A stretch of DNA of 64,000 nucleotides from Lama guanicoe. Its lineage: Eukaryota. Positions 40,101 to 51,649 of the stretch are shown here, in pieces. The notes beneath the pieces were generated by a model, which saw nothing but the letters and a program-made list of their open reading frames with translations, ran no database searches and had not been told where the DNA came from. Location of the stretch: contig MU053792.1 of the NCBI GenBank assembly GCA_013239625.1, positions 718,941-782,940 on the forward strand, in the 5' to 3' direction. Position numbers and translations under genes: made by a program. Numbering within the stretch: position 1 is the first letter of the stretch; each line of letters starts with the position of its first letter.

Positions 40101-41553
40101 TTTTTAAAGCTTAAAAATATTACATATCCAACATATCCATGAGGCTGCCATCTTCACTGTTAAGGGAGGGTGCCCCCATTTCATTCCTAAGTTCTTAGTG
40201 GTGGTTTTTCTTCGCCAGTCACCAAATGTGCCATGGGAGTGCCAAGTCCAGCCTTGTCAACTACCTGACATGGTGCACATACTACATGTAGCTGCACAAA
40301 ACCTTGTTCCTCGTAACATTAACCACTCAGTGTTCAAAAGGAAAGACCTGGCCCAGCTTCCAGAGATTCTGTCATCACAGAGGGTCAGGGATACGACACA
40401 CCCAGAGGTCCAGAACAGAGATGCTGAAGCAATACGAATTTTGCTATTAGTTGACTATGCATTTGAAACTAACATTAGAGGTTTAATTGCAAAGTGAATT
40501 ACACTTGGGCGATGTTATCAATCCTCTAAAACATTAATGCTTAGTAAAAAGATTTATCCCCGTATGATCATTAGAGATGGAGAAGGCTAAAGAGATTCTT
40601 ATGGAATGTTATGTAAGAAAGTTAGTTCACATAGTACGGACCTAATTTTGGCTAAAATGAAGAGACAGAAGCAGAACCATCACTTCCCCTTGTAAGGGAA
40701 GCTGTATGTTTTAAACGTATTTATTTATAAATGCCGTATGTTAAAGATATTAGTAAAAATTTTCAGAATGCCAAAAAGTAAAACTATACTTGGTTCTTCT
40801 CACATGAAAAGCAGAAATAAAATAATACTAAACTTTATGTCACTATTAAGTCTATCGGATGAAAATCAATGCCAGGCTATGGAATTTGAAAAAGTAGACA
40901 GAAACTACAAGGAACAAACTAACATGAAAAGTAAGAACTTAAGTTATTTTTAATATTTTTAATATTTTTATTCAGATATATAAAGTAATTTGCAAGAGGA
41001 ATGTCTGAAGTTGACTGTGCAATTTCTTTTCCCTAAGTTTAGTCAAGAGAGTTTCTGTAAGAGGAAACATTTTTGCCATTAGCTCTGAAAACAAAACATT
41101 AACACCTTACAATTAAAATCTGTAGATATTTATAAGATATTTATACCATAATCCTTTGAGAGATTTCTTGTCAAGAATGAATTAGGTTCTTTTCATATAG
41201 AAAATCAACACAACTTTTAATCAAAACTTTGATTATCAAACATATTCAGTCTCCCCAGTACAATTTTATATTCATTATCTGTGTTATGAAGATGTAAGTT
41301 TTTTAAATTAAGGAACACATATTTTTAACATACCTGAAGATTTCCTTGGTTCTTCCAATAATTATCAGCAAGAGGGAAGGCACTTAATGGTTATACATAT
41401 TTTTGGTGGTGTCTCGCAGTTTAATTTAATTTTTAGTTAAAATCCATATCTAAACTGTTCAGTTCAACAAATATGATTTAATAGGTTAAGACATTGCCTT
41501 CAAGTGGTTTATCATCTAGAACAGGATACAGACACTAAATTCATATTTTAATG

Positions 41554-44500
41554 TTTTTTCCAGTTTTATTGAGATATAATTGAGGGGCAGCACCGTGTAA
41601 GTTTAAGTTGCACAACATTATCATTGGACTTACACATATCATGAAATGTTTACCGCAACAAGTTTAGGGAATATCCATCACCTTATATACATACAAAATT
41701 AAAGAAATAGAAAAAAATTTTTCTTGTAATGAGGACTCTTAAGATTGGCTCTCTTAACAACTTTCGTGTATAACGTACAGCAGTGTTAATTGTATTTATC
41801 ATGTTGTACATTACATCCCTAGTACTTAATTCATCTTATAATTGGAAGCTTGTCCCTTTCATTGCCTTCATTCAGTTCCCTCTCCTCCCACCTCCTTCCT
41901 CTGGTAAACACAAGTCTAATCTCTTTTTCTGTGAGTATGTTTGTTTGTTTGCTTCTTTTTGTTTTTTGAAGTGTAATTGACCTATGTTATGTTAATTCTT
42001 GGTACACATCATAGTGATTCAATATTTCTATACATTTTGAAATGACCACCACAATAAGTCTGGTTACCATCTGTCACCATAAAAAGATATTACATAGTTA
42101 TTGACTGTATTTCACAACTGAAAGTTTGTACCTCTTAATCTCCCTCATGTATTTCTATCCTTCCCTAACCCCCTCCCTCTGGCTACCTCCTGTTTGTCTT
42201 TGAATCTATGACTCTGTTTTTGTTTTGTTATGTGTACTCATTCCCTTTGCTGTGTAGATTCCACATTTGTCACTTGTATATTATTTATCTTTCTCTGTCT
42301 TATTTCACTTAGCATAATACCTTCTAGGTCCATCCATGTTCTCACTAAGGAAAAGATTTCATTCTTTTTTATGGCTGAGTAATATTTCACTTTATACATA
42401 AACAACACCATGCTAATCGATTCATCCAATGATGGACACTTGGTTTGCTTCCGTATCTTGGATATTGTAAACAATGCTGAAATAAACATAGGGGTGCATA
42501 TATCTTTTTGACTTAATGTTTTCATTTTGATCAGATAAATACCCAGGAGTGGAATTACTGAATCACATAGTCACTCAATTTTTAATTAGGGGGGAAATCT
42601 CTATAATGTTTTTCATAGTAACTACAAATTTACATTCTCATCAACAGTGTACAAAAGTTTCCTTTTCTCCACATCATTGCCAACATTTGTGATTTGTTGT
42701 CTTTTTGATAATAGCCATTCTGACAGGCATGCAGTGATATCAAGGCTTTGATTTGCATTTCCCTGTTTATTAGTGATGTTGAGTATCTTTTTGTGTCCCT
42801 GTTGGCCTTATCTGTCTTCTTGGAAAAATGCCTATTTAGATCCTTTTCCCATTTTTTATAAGGTTATTTGTTGTTTTTATGTTGAATGAGTTCTTTGTAT
42901 ATTTTGAATATTAACCCTTATGGCATATATTGTTTGTACATATATTCTCCCATAAGTAGGCACCCTTTGAATTTTTTTTTTGATAGTTTCCTTCACTGTG
43001 CAAAAGCTTTTCAGTTTGATGTAGTCCCATTTGTTTATTTTTGCTTTTGCCTCCCTTGCTTGAGTAGACGAATCCAAAAGAAGAGTGATGTCAGAGAACA
43101 TACTGAGCATGTTGCTGAGTAGACAAATTCAAAAGAAGACTGATGTCAGAGAACATACTGAGTATGTTTTCTTCTAGGAGTTTTATGGTTTCAGGTTTTA
43201 CAATCAAGTTTTTCATTCATTTTGAATTTATTTTGTATATGGTATGATAAAGTAGCCCAATATGATTGTTCTGCATTTAGCAGTCAAGTTTTCCCAACAC
43301 CGTTGATTGAAAAGGCTATCTTTTTGCCATTGTATATCTTTGTCCCTTTTGTCATAGATTAATTGATCATATAACAGTGCATTCATTTCTGGGCTCTCTC
43401 TTATGTTTCGTTGATCCATGTGTCTGTTTTTGTGCTAGTACCACACTGTTTTGATTACTGTAGCTTGGTAGTGTAGTTTCAAATCAGGTAGCATAATGTC
43501 TCCAGATTTTGTTCTTCTTTCTCAATATTGTTTTGGCTATTTGAGGTCTTCTGTGTTTTCAAAAAATTTTAGGATTTTTTGTTTTAGTTCTGTGAGAAAT
43601 GCCATTGGTATTTTGGTAGGGATTGCATAAATCTGCAGATTGCCTTGGATAGTGTGATCATTTTAACAATATTAGTTCTTCCAATCATTAAGCTTGGTGT
43701 ATCTTGCCATCTGTTTGTGTCATCTTCAATTTCTTTTCTCTGTCTTACAATTTTCCAAAAACAGGTGTTTTAGCCAACTGGATTTATTGCTAGATATTTT
43801 ATTCTTTTCAATGTGATTGTTAGTGGAATCATTTTCTTGATTTCTCTTTCTGATAGTTTGTTGTTAGTGTATAGAAACACAGCAGATTTCTGCATATTAA
43901 TTTTGTATCCTGCAACTTTACAAATTCACTTATTACTTCTAAATTTTGACTTCAGGATTTTTTATGTAGAGTATCATATCATTTACAAACAGTGACATTT
44001 TTATTTCTTCCTTTCCAATTTGGGTTGCTTTTATTTATTTTTCTTATCTTATTACTGTGGATAAAACATCCAATACTATACTGAATGAAACTGGTGAGCA
44101 TGGGCATTCTTATCCTGTTCTGATCTTAAAGGAAAGGCTTTCCGCTTTTCACCATTGAGTATGATATTGGCTGTAGGTTTGTCATATTTGGCCTTTGTTA
44201 TATTGATATATGTTCCCTCTATACTCATTTTGTCAAATGTTTTTATCATAAAGGGATATTGAATTTTGTTCAAAAGCTTTTTCCACATCTATTGAGATAA
44301 TTATATGATTTTTAATTCTTCAGTTTATTCATGTGTTGACTCACATTTTTGATTTGGGGATATTGAACCATCCTTGTATCCCTGGGATAAATCTTACTTG
44401 ATCTTCCTGTGTGATCATTTTAATGGATCTTTGAATTGGGTTTGCTAATATTTTATTGAGGATTTTTTGCATCTATATTCATCAGTGATATTAACCTATA

Positions 44501-47500
44501 ATTTTCTTTTTTTGTGTGATATTTTGACTGGCTTGAAAACAGGGTGACTCTGGCCTTGTAGAATGCACTTGGAAACATTCCTTTCTCTGCAATTTTGGGG
44601 GAATAATTTAAGAATAATATTTAGAAAAAGTCACCTGTGATGCTATCTGGTCCTGGACATTTTTGTTGGGAGTTTTTAAATTATTATTACTGGATTCAAT
44701 TTCATTACTGGTAATTGGTCTGCTCATATTTTCTGTTTCTTTCTAATTCAATCTTGAGGAATTGTATATTTCTAGAAATTTGTTAATGTCTTCTAGGTTG
44801 TCAATTTTATTAGCATTTAATTGTTCACAGTAATCTTTCACAAGCCTTTGTATTTCTATGGTATCAGTTGTAACATCTCTTTTTCACTTCTGATTTTATT
44901 AATATTGACCCTCTCTTTTTTTTATTGATAAGTCTGCCTAAAGATTTATAAATTTTGCTTATTTTTTCAAAGAACAAGCTCTCGGTTTTATTGATTTTTT
45001 CTATTGTTTTTTAACTCCCCATTTCATTTATTCCTGCCCGATATTTATGATCTCTTCCCTTCTACTAACTTTGAGTTTTGTTTGTTCTACTTTTTCTATT
45101 TTCATTAGATGTGAGGGTAGGTCCTTTATTTGACATTTTTCTTGTTTTCTGAGTAGGCTTCTATCACTCTAAACTTCTCTTTTACAAGTAATATGCTGCT
45201 TCTCATAAATTTTGGATCATTGCATTTTCATATTTACTTGTCCGCAGGTTTTTTTTAATTTTCTCTTTGATTACTTCAATGACCCACTTTTAGCATATTG
45301 TTTAGCCTCAATGTTTTTGTGTTGTTTGCAAATTTTTTCTTGTAGTTGATTTCTAGTCTCATAGCATAGTGGTCAGAAAAGTTGCTTTATGTTATTTCAA
45401 TCTTCTATTTACTGACACGTTTTATGGCCTAGCACGTGATCTATCCTAGGGAAAGTTTCTTATGTACTGGAAAAGAATGAGTATACTGCTACTTCAGATG
45501 GAATGTTCTGTTATCATTTAAGTCCATCTGCTCTAATGTGTCAGTTAAGACCATTGTTTCCTTGTTGATTTTCTGTCTGGATGATTTTTCCATTGATATA
45601 AGTGGGATGTTAAAATCCCCTACTATTGTTATATTACTGTTACTCTCTCACTTTATGTCTGTTAATATTTGCTTTATGTATTTAGGTGCTCCTATGTTGG
45701 GTGCACATATATTTTACAGTGTTATATCTTTGCCTTGGATTGGTCCCTTGTTCATTATGTAGTGTCCTTCTTTGTCTCTTGTTACAGTTTTTATTTTAAT
45801 GTCTATAAGAATTGCCACCTCAACTTTCTTTTCATTTCCATTTGCATGAAATACTTTTTTTAATCCCCCCCACTTTCAGCCTGTGTGTATCTTTATTTCT
45901 GAAGTGAGTCTCTTATAGGCAGCATCTCTATGGGTCTTGTTTTTGTATCCATTCAGGACTTTATGTTTTGATTGGAGCATTTAGTCCATTTACATTTAAA
46001 GTAATTATTGATATACATGTACTTATTGCCATTTTTTGTTAATTGATGCTGGATTGTTTTGTAGTTCTTTTTGTTCCTTTCTTCTTGTTTTGCTCTCTTC
46101 CCTTGTAGTTTGATGACTATATTTAGTGATATGTTTGGATGTTTTTCACTTTTCTGTGTGTGTTATCTATTGCAGATTTTTGGTTTGCAGTTGCCATGAT
46201 GTTTATAATTGGCATTTTATATATATTTTTTTCTATAGATATAAATTATTTTAAGTTGCTGATCTCCAAATTCGAATGCATTTTTAACAGCCATGCACTT
46301 TTAAATCCCTCTTGTTTACTGTTATGACATCATATTTTTTGTTTGTTTTGTGTATTCCTTAGCTATTTATTGTGGATTTAAGTATTACTACTTTTGTCTT
46401 TTAACTTTCCTGCTTGCTTTATATGTGATTGATTTATTTACAGTATATTCTTTACAGTCTTTACAGTATATTTGCCTTTACCAACAATATTTTTCCTTTC
46501 ATTCATTTCATATGTCTACTTGTGGCATATTCTTTTCTGCCTAGAGAAGTCTCTTTAAAAATTCTTGTAAAGCTTGTTTCATGTCACTAAACTCTTTTAG
46601 CTTTTGCTTGTCTGTAAAACTTTCAAATCTGAATGAAAGCCTCAATGGGTAGACTTCTTGGAGGAAGGTCTTCTTGATTGTGTATTTTTCCCTTTGTCAC
46701 TGAAAATATATCATGCCACTCTTATAGCCTTCAGAGTTTCTGCTGAAAAGTGTGCTAATCACTTTATGGGAATCCTTGTATGTAACTGGCTGCTTTTAAT
46801 AATCTCTCTTTATCTTTAATTTTTGCCATTTTGATTACAATATGCCTTTGTGTGTTACTCTTTGGGTAGATCTTGTTTGGGGTTTTCTGTGATTCCTGGA
46901 CCTGGATGTCTGTTTCCTTTCCTAGGTTATGGAAAGTTTTTAGCTATTTTGTCTTTAAATACCTTCTCTGCCATTTCTCTCTCACTTCTCCTTTTGAGAC
47001 CCCTGTAATGCAAATGTTAATATGCGTGATGTTGCCCTACAGGTCTTTTAAACTGTCCTCATTATTTTATTAGTTTTTTCTTTCTTCTGTTCAGCTCCAA
47101 TGATTTCTACTTTTCTTCCACTCTACTGATTGATTTCTCTGTATCATCTAATCTACTGTTGATTCCTTCCAGTATATTTTTATTTCAGTTATTGTAGTCT
47201 TCATCTCTGTTTGGATATTCTTTATATTTTCTAACTCTTTGTTAAAGGTCTCACTGTGTTCATCCATTCTTACACCAAGTTTTTAAAACACTTTTATGAT
47301 TATTACCTTGAACTCTTTTGTGGGTAGATTGCTTATCTCCACCTCACTTAGTTCTTCTGGGATTTATCTTCTTCCTTCACTTGATACATATTCTTCTGTC
47401 TCCTCAGTTTGCCTAATTCTCCGTTTTTATATTTTTGCATTTGGCATGTTGCTTATTTCCCAGCCTTATGGGTCCAGGGTGTCCCAAAGGTGGTGTTGTC

Positions 47501-48703
47501 CTGCTGGTGAGTGGTATCAGATCACAGGAAGGCTGGCTGAAAGGCCCAACATGTCTGGGAGCTGGTGTAGCCTGCTGATGGTGCAGGGGAGGTGGGAGTG
47601 CCAGGGCTGGTGTTGGCCTGCTGGTGAGTAGGGCCAGGCCCAGGGCATCTCAGGGCTATTACTGTACCACTGATGAGTGAGGCCAGTTCCTGAAGCTATT
47701 GCCAGCCCACTGGTGGGTGGTGCTAGAACCTAGGGTCTGTTGCTGTAGGGCCCAGGGTTCTCAAAGTTGGTGTCAGTCCACTGGTTAGTGGAGTGGGGGT
47801 CTAGGAAGTCCAGGGTCTAGGGCCAGCCCACTTTGATGTGGAGCTGGGACCTGGGGTCTCTGACTTCAGGGCCTGGGGGTCCCTGAGCTAGTGCCAGACC
47901 ACTGGTGGGAGGGTCTGGGTCCTGCCCCTCTGGTGGGCAGGGCTGGGTGCCAGAGAAGCTGAGGGCTCGTGGGTGTCATGAAGCAGCTGGCCTGCTGGTG
48001 GGTGGGGCTGTGTCCCACCCAGTTACCTGCTTGGCCTGAGGTCTCAGTACTAGTGCCAACAGGCTGGTGGGTGGGTTGGGTTTTCTGGTGCTGATAAGCT
48101 TGAGGGAGGATTCCAAAATGACGCTTGCCAGCACCAGTGTCCTCATGGTAGAAAGAGCTCCCCAAAATGGCTGCCACCAGTGTCTATGTCCACGCGGTGA
48201 TCTCCAATTGCCTCCTGTCTCTCTGGGAGGCTCTCCAAGATCAGCGGATAGATGTGACCCAGGCTTCTTTCAGATCACTACTTCTGCCCTGGGTCTCACA
48301 GCATGTGAGGTTTTGTGTGTGCCTTTTAAGAGTAGAATCTTTATTTCCTAGAGCCCTCTGGCTCCTCTGGTCTTCAGAGTCAAACATTCTGGGGGCTCAT
48401 CTTACTGGCACAGGATTCCCAGGCTGAGGACCTTGAGGTGGGACTCAGACCTGTTGCTTCTTAAGGAGAATTTCTGCAATTGTGATTATTCTTCTGTTTA
48501 TCCAGGGCTATGGGTCTTGGCTATACCTCCTTTCTGCCCCTCCTACCCATCTTGTTGTGGTTTCTTCTTTATATCTATAGTTGTAGATTGCTTCTGCCAG
48601 TCTTCACAACATTCTCATCAACGGTTGCTCTGTAAATAGTTGTGATTTTTGATTTGCTTATGGGAGGAGGCAAGCTCAGGGTGTTCCTACTCCACTATCT
48701 TCC
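41554..48703 (-). mobile_element. Near full-length, heavily mutated L1 (~7.15 kb)
   Basis: Minus-strand start ggaagatagtggagtaggaacaccctgagc. GC-rich 5' UTR ~47450-48703, ORF1 remnant ~46540-47400. ORF2 remnants in the ORF track ([65 protein letters not shown]). 3' UTR and T-tract at ~41554. Confidence 0.95.
43061..43168 (+). repeat. 55-bp tandem duplication inside L1 ORF2
   Basis: tgagtagacgaatccaaaagaagagtgatgtcagagaacatactgagcatgtt recurs at 43116 with 4 substitutions. Confidence 0.95.
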
Positions 48704-49445
48704 TACAGTGATATTTGAAGACCTACCCAGGCATGTTTTCTGGGCTAGGCCAGTTGACCAGCTGATGGATCCAACCTGCAAGGCCTGCAAGGATAGGCTG
48801 CATATCATCCCTGTTGTCTACTCAGAAATTAAATTGCTGAGATTTTCAATAATACAACCAAAATCATATCAGATTCTCAGTTTTCCCATTTATTTTCTTA
48901 TTCAAGAAAAAGTGTGCATTATCAACAGAAAAACAATTTACTGTGCCAGTGGGCTAGTAAATCTCATCATTTCATTAAAATCACTTTGGTTCAGTTCAAG
49001 CACCATTTATAGAGAACTTCCATATGCTGAGCCCTGTACTTACTACTAGAGACGGATAGGACCGGACTGCTAGTCCCTGGGGTCTTCGGTTAGACAAGGC
49101 TGATGCGAGTGGAATCCAACATCTCTTGAATGCATACCTGAAGCTAGTGCCATTTCCCTTACATTTAAAGATACAGACAGTAACAAGGATACTACACAGT
49201 CTCGGTTCTGTCTCCTCCTAGTGAGTAAACAGAGGATGAAGGATAACGCAGGTCAAGTATTAGGGTCACAATATCTAGACACAGTCCTTGCAGAGTCTGT
49301 CTCCTGCAGGGAGCTAGTCCATAGAATCCAACAGGAGGCAGCTCCAAAAAGGGCATGTGATGTCATTTTTGAAGGGGTTTTGAGGGCTCCAAAGTGCAGA
49401 CTGTCTGCTACCTATCTTAAAATTGACCTTTAAACATCCTCAACA

Positions 49446-49487
49446 AAGCAAGAATAAATGTTCTCAGATTTGAAAGGGTTTTTCTTC
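49446..49487 (+). repeat. Dispersed 42-bp direct repeat, copy 1
   Basis: aagcaagaataaatgttctcagatttgaaagggtttttcttc; 37/42 identical (ungapped) to 50314-50355. Confidence 0.9.
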
Positions 49488-50313
49488 TCATAGGGAATTC
49501 AGAAGCAGTGCTTCAGCAGAGAGAGAAATCTGTCTGCTTTACTGAGGGCCTCGTAGTCTAGCAGAGGCCGAGGGTCACATAGTTTTGGCGACGGAAAACA
49601 AGGGTATGAATACACAAGCAGATAATTTCTCTCCTGTCTGTCAGCTGTCCAAAAATAGAGATATGCCCAAAGTGCTATTTAAACACCAGCAAAGAATTCC
49701 TAACCAGAGCAGTGAGGCTATGTGGGGAGAAATGGAGAGAAATCTTCCCAGAGTAAGTCATATCTCAGTCTCGAAAATTCAGTGATTAACTGGGAGCAGT
49801 AGGCTCTCAAGGAAGGGAGAATTGCATAAGCAAAGGCATAGAGATGTAGGACTTATAATTCTGTATATCAAAATAAAACTAAATGAGCAGACAGTTATGA
49901 AAATGTATATTTTAAAGGGGTAATAACAATCTCCCTCCATTTTTAAAATGATCTCTTTATTATCAGCCAATTAATCAGGACTTCAAACCCATTTCTAGTC
50001 ATCATCCTAAGCTTCCAGTTTGGACATAGTGATTTCTTGATAAGCTGTATCATTTTAAAGGACATTTATATCAATTGCTTCCATTTTAATTTTATCTTTA
50101 GCCAAATCCTCTCTTTCCTGTACTGTTTGTTCCCCAGGATACAAGTCAATATTTTCATTGATGTCATCCCACTTATCCGTTATCCTAAAACCAAATGCAG
50201 TACATTATCTGGCAAGAGTGTCCACGTTTCGCTCTCTCTAGCAGGTATGCGTTTACTTGGGCATTTTCTCTTGATTACACGTTAAACCTGTTGTTTTCTT
50301 TCTAAGTCCATTG

Positions 50314-50355
50314 AAGCATGAATGAATGTTCTCAGATTTGAAAGGTTTTCCCTTC
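50314..50355 (+). repeat. Dispersed 42-bp direct repeat, copy 2
   Basis: aagcatgaatgaatgttctcagatttgaaaggttttcccttc; 21-bp identical core aatgttctcagatttgaaagg. Confidence 0.9.
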
Positions 50356-51249
50356 AACTTTGATTTTGTTTATACATGATTTTTACGCATTTTTATTATA
50401 TACGTTGGAGACAATGAGTGAGCACTGGCAACTACGTGAGCTGCCTCTGAGAGCATTTAGTTTCCACTGTAACGAGACTAGTCTCATGCATATCAGTGCT
50501 TACTGTAGTCATACATTTCCAACATTTGATGAATATTGTGTCATGACTTCATTTAGCTTCAACCAATCTCTTTGTGTGAGCTTATTTCCATCAGTTTTCA
50601 GATACAGGAGAAGACAAATAGGTAGGAGGTAGCTATCTAGAGTGCAAACACATAAGAAACTAAGAAAATAAGGAAGAAAAAACAGGTTTCTTATAAAATT
50701 AAGTGACTCTAAGGTAATCAAACAGAACATAATTTCCTTTAAACATTTTTTAAATAGTTGTGCCAAACTTACACTGAGCAATAGATTAATGCTTTTATAG
50801 CTACTGATGATTTGTCTTATGAAGGGTTCATAGAAGTTTTTGTGATTTGCCTTTCTTTTCCATACAATGTAAACGTTAGTATCTTATTCTGGTAATGAGA
50901 AGAAAGAAGTCCAAGATAAATCAGAGACTACACAGAAAGCAGTGCATTAGAAGCATGGACACATAAGAAATATTAAAGAATTTGTGTTCAGATGAGACAC
51001 AAATGAAGCTTACTACCAACCAAGGTTACAGAATGAAGGCTTAATGGGTGGTGTGCACCTTGGAGAAGATAATTATGGTATATGGATAACTAAAAAAAAA
51101 TAAAGTGTTTTGGTTCTACAAATATGAATAATCAGGAAACCTTATTATATAGTGAGATTTGGGGTCTATGATTACACTCTAACCCTCAATTAACACTGCG
51201 TGGTTCTGTATTTTTCTTGAAATACCACCATCATATCAAAATTTATTCT

Positions 51250-51580
51250 CCAATTTCACTCTTAATCCATTCTAATTAGCTAGGTCTCCAATACCCTTCC
51301 AGTCTAACTCATGCTGTGTTCTCATAATCTGGCTAAATACCATCCATCACTTAAATCAGCTTAAATACATCACCTCTTTGAAACCATAATGGATTCCTTT
51401 ACATCTTGTTCATTTCCCCTTCTTAGGACTTGAAATCAGTATCGAAACCATGGCAATTAATTATAGGTCGATTTCTACTTATTGTTGGCTTCATCTGTAC
51501 TCCAGCAAGAATGTAAACTCTAAGCCAGCATGTCTCCTAATATACAGCATGGAGCTCAATGCATTTATTTATTTGTGTGA
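51250..51580 (+). mobile_element. L2 3' fragment
   Basis: tcagcttaaatacatcacctct..ccagcaagaatgtaaactc..gagctcaatgcattt. Confidence 0.5.
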
Positions 51581-51649
51581 TTGTTGACTACGATTTAAAC
51601 AACAGAAATTACATGAATTTTTGGAACAAGATAATGCCAAGTTCCTCTA

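Noticed and set aside
50290..50375. Minus-strand reading ENLSNLRTF resembling a leucine-rich repeat
   Set aside because: The frame is short and closed by stops, LRR spacing is not maintained, and there are no convincing splice sites.
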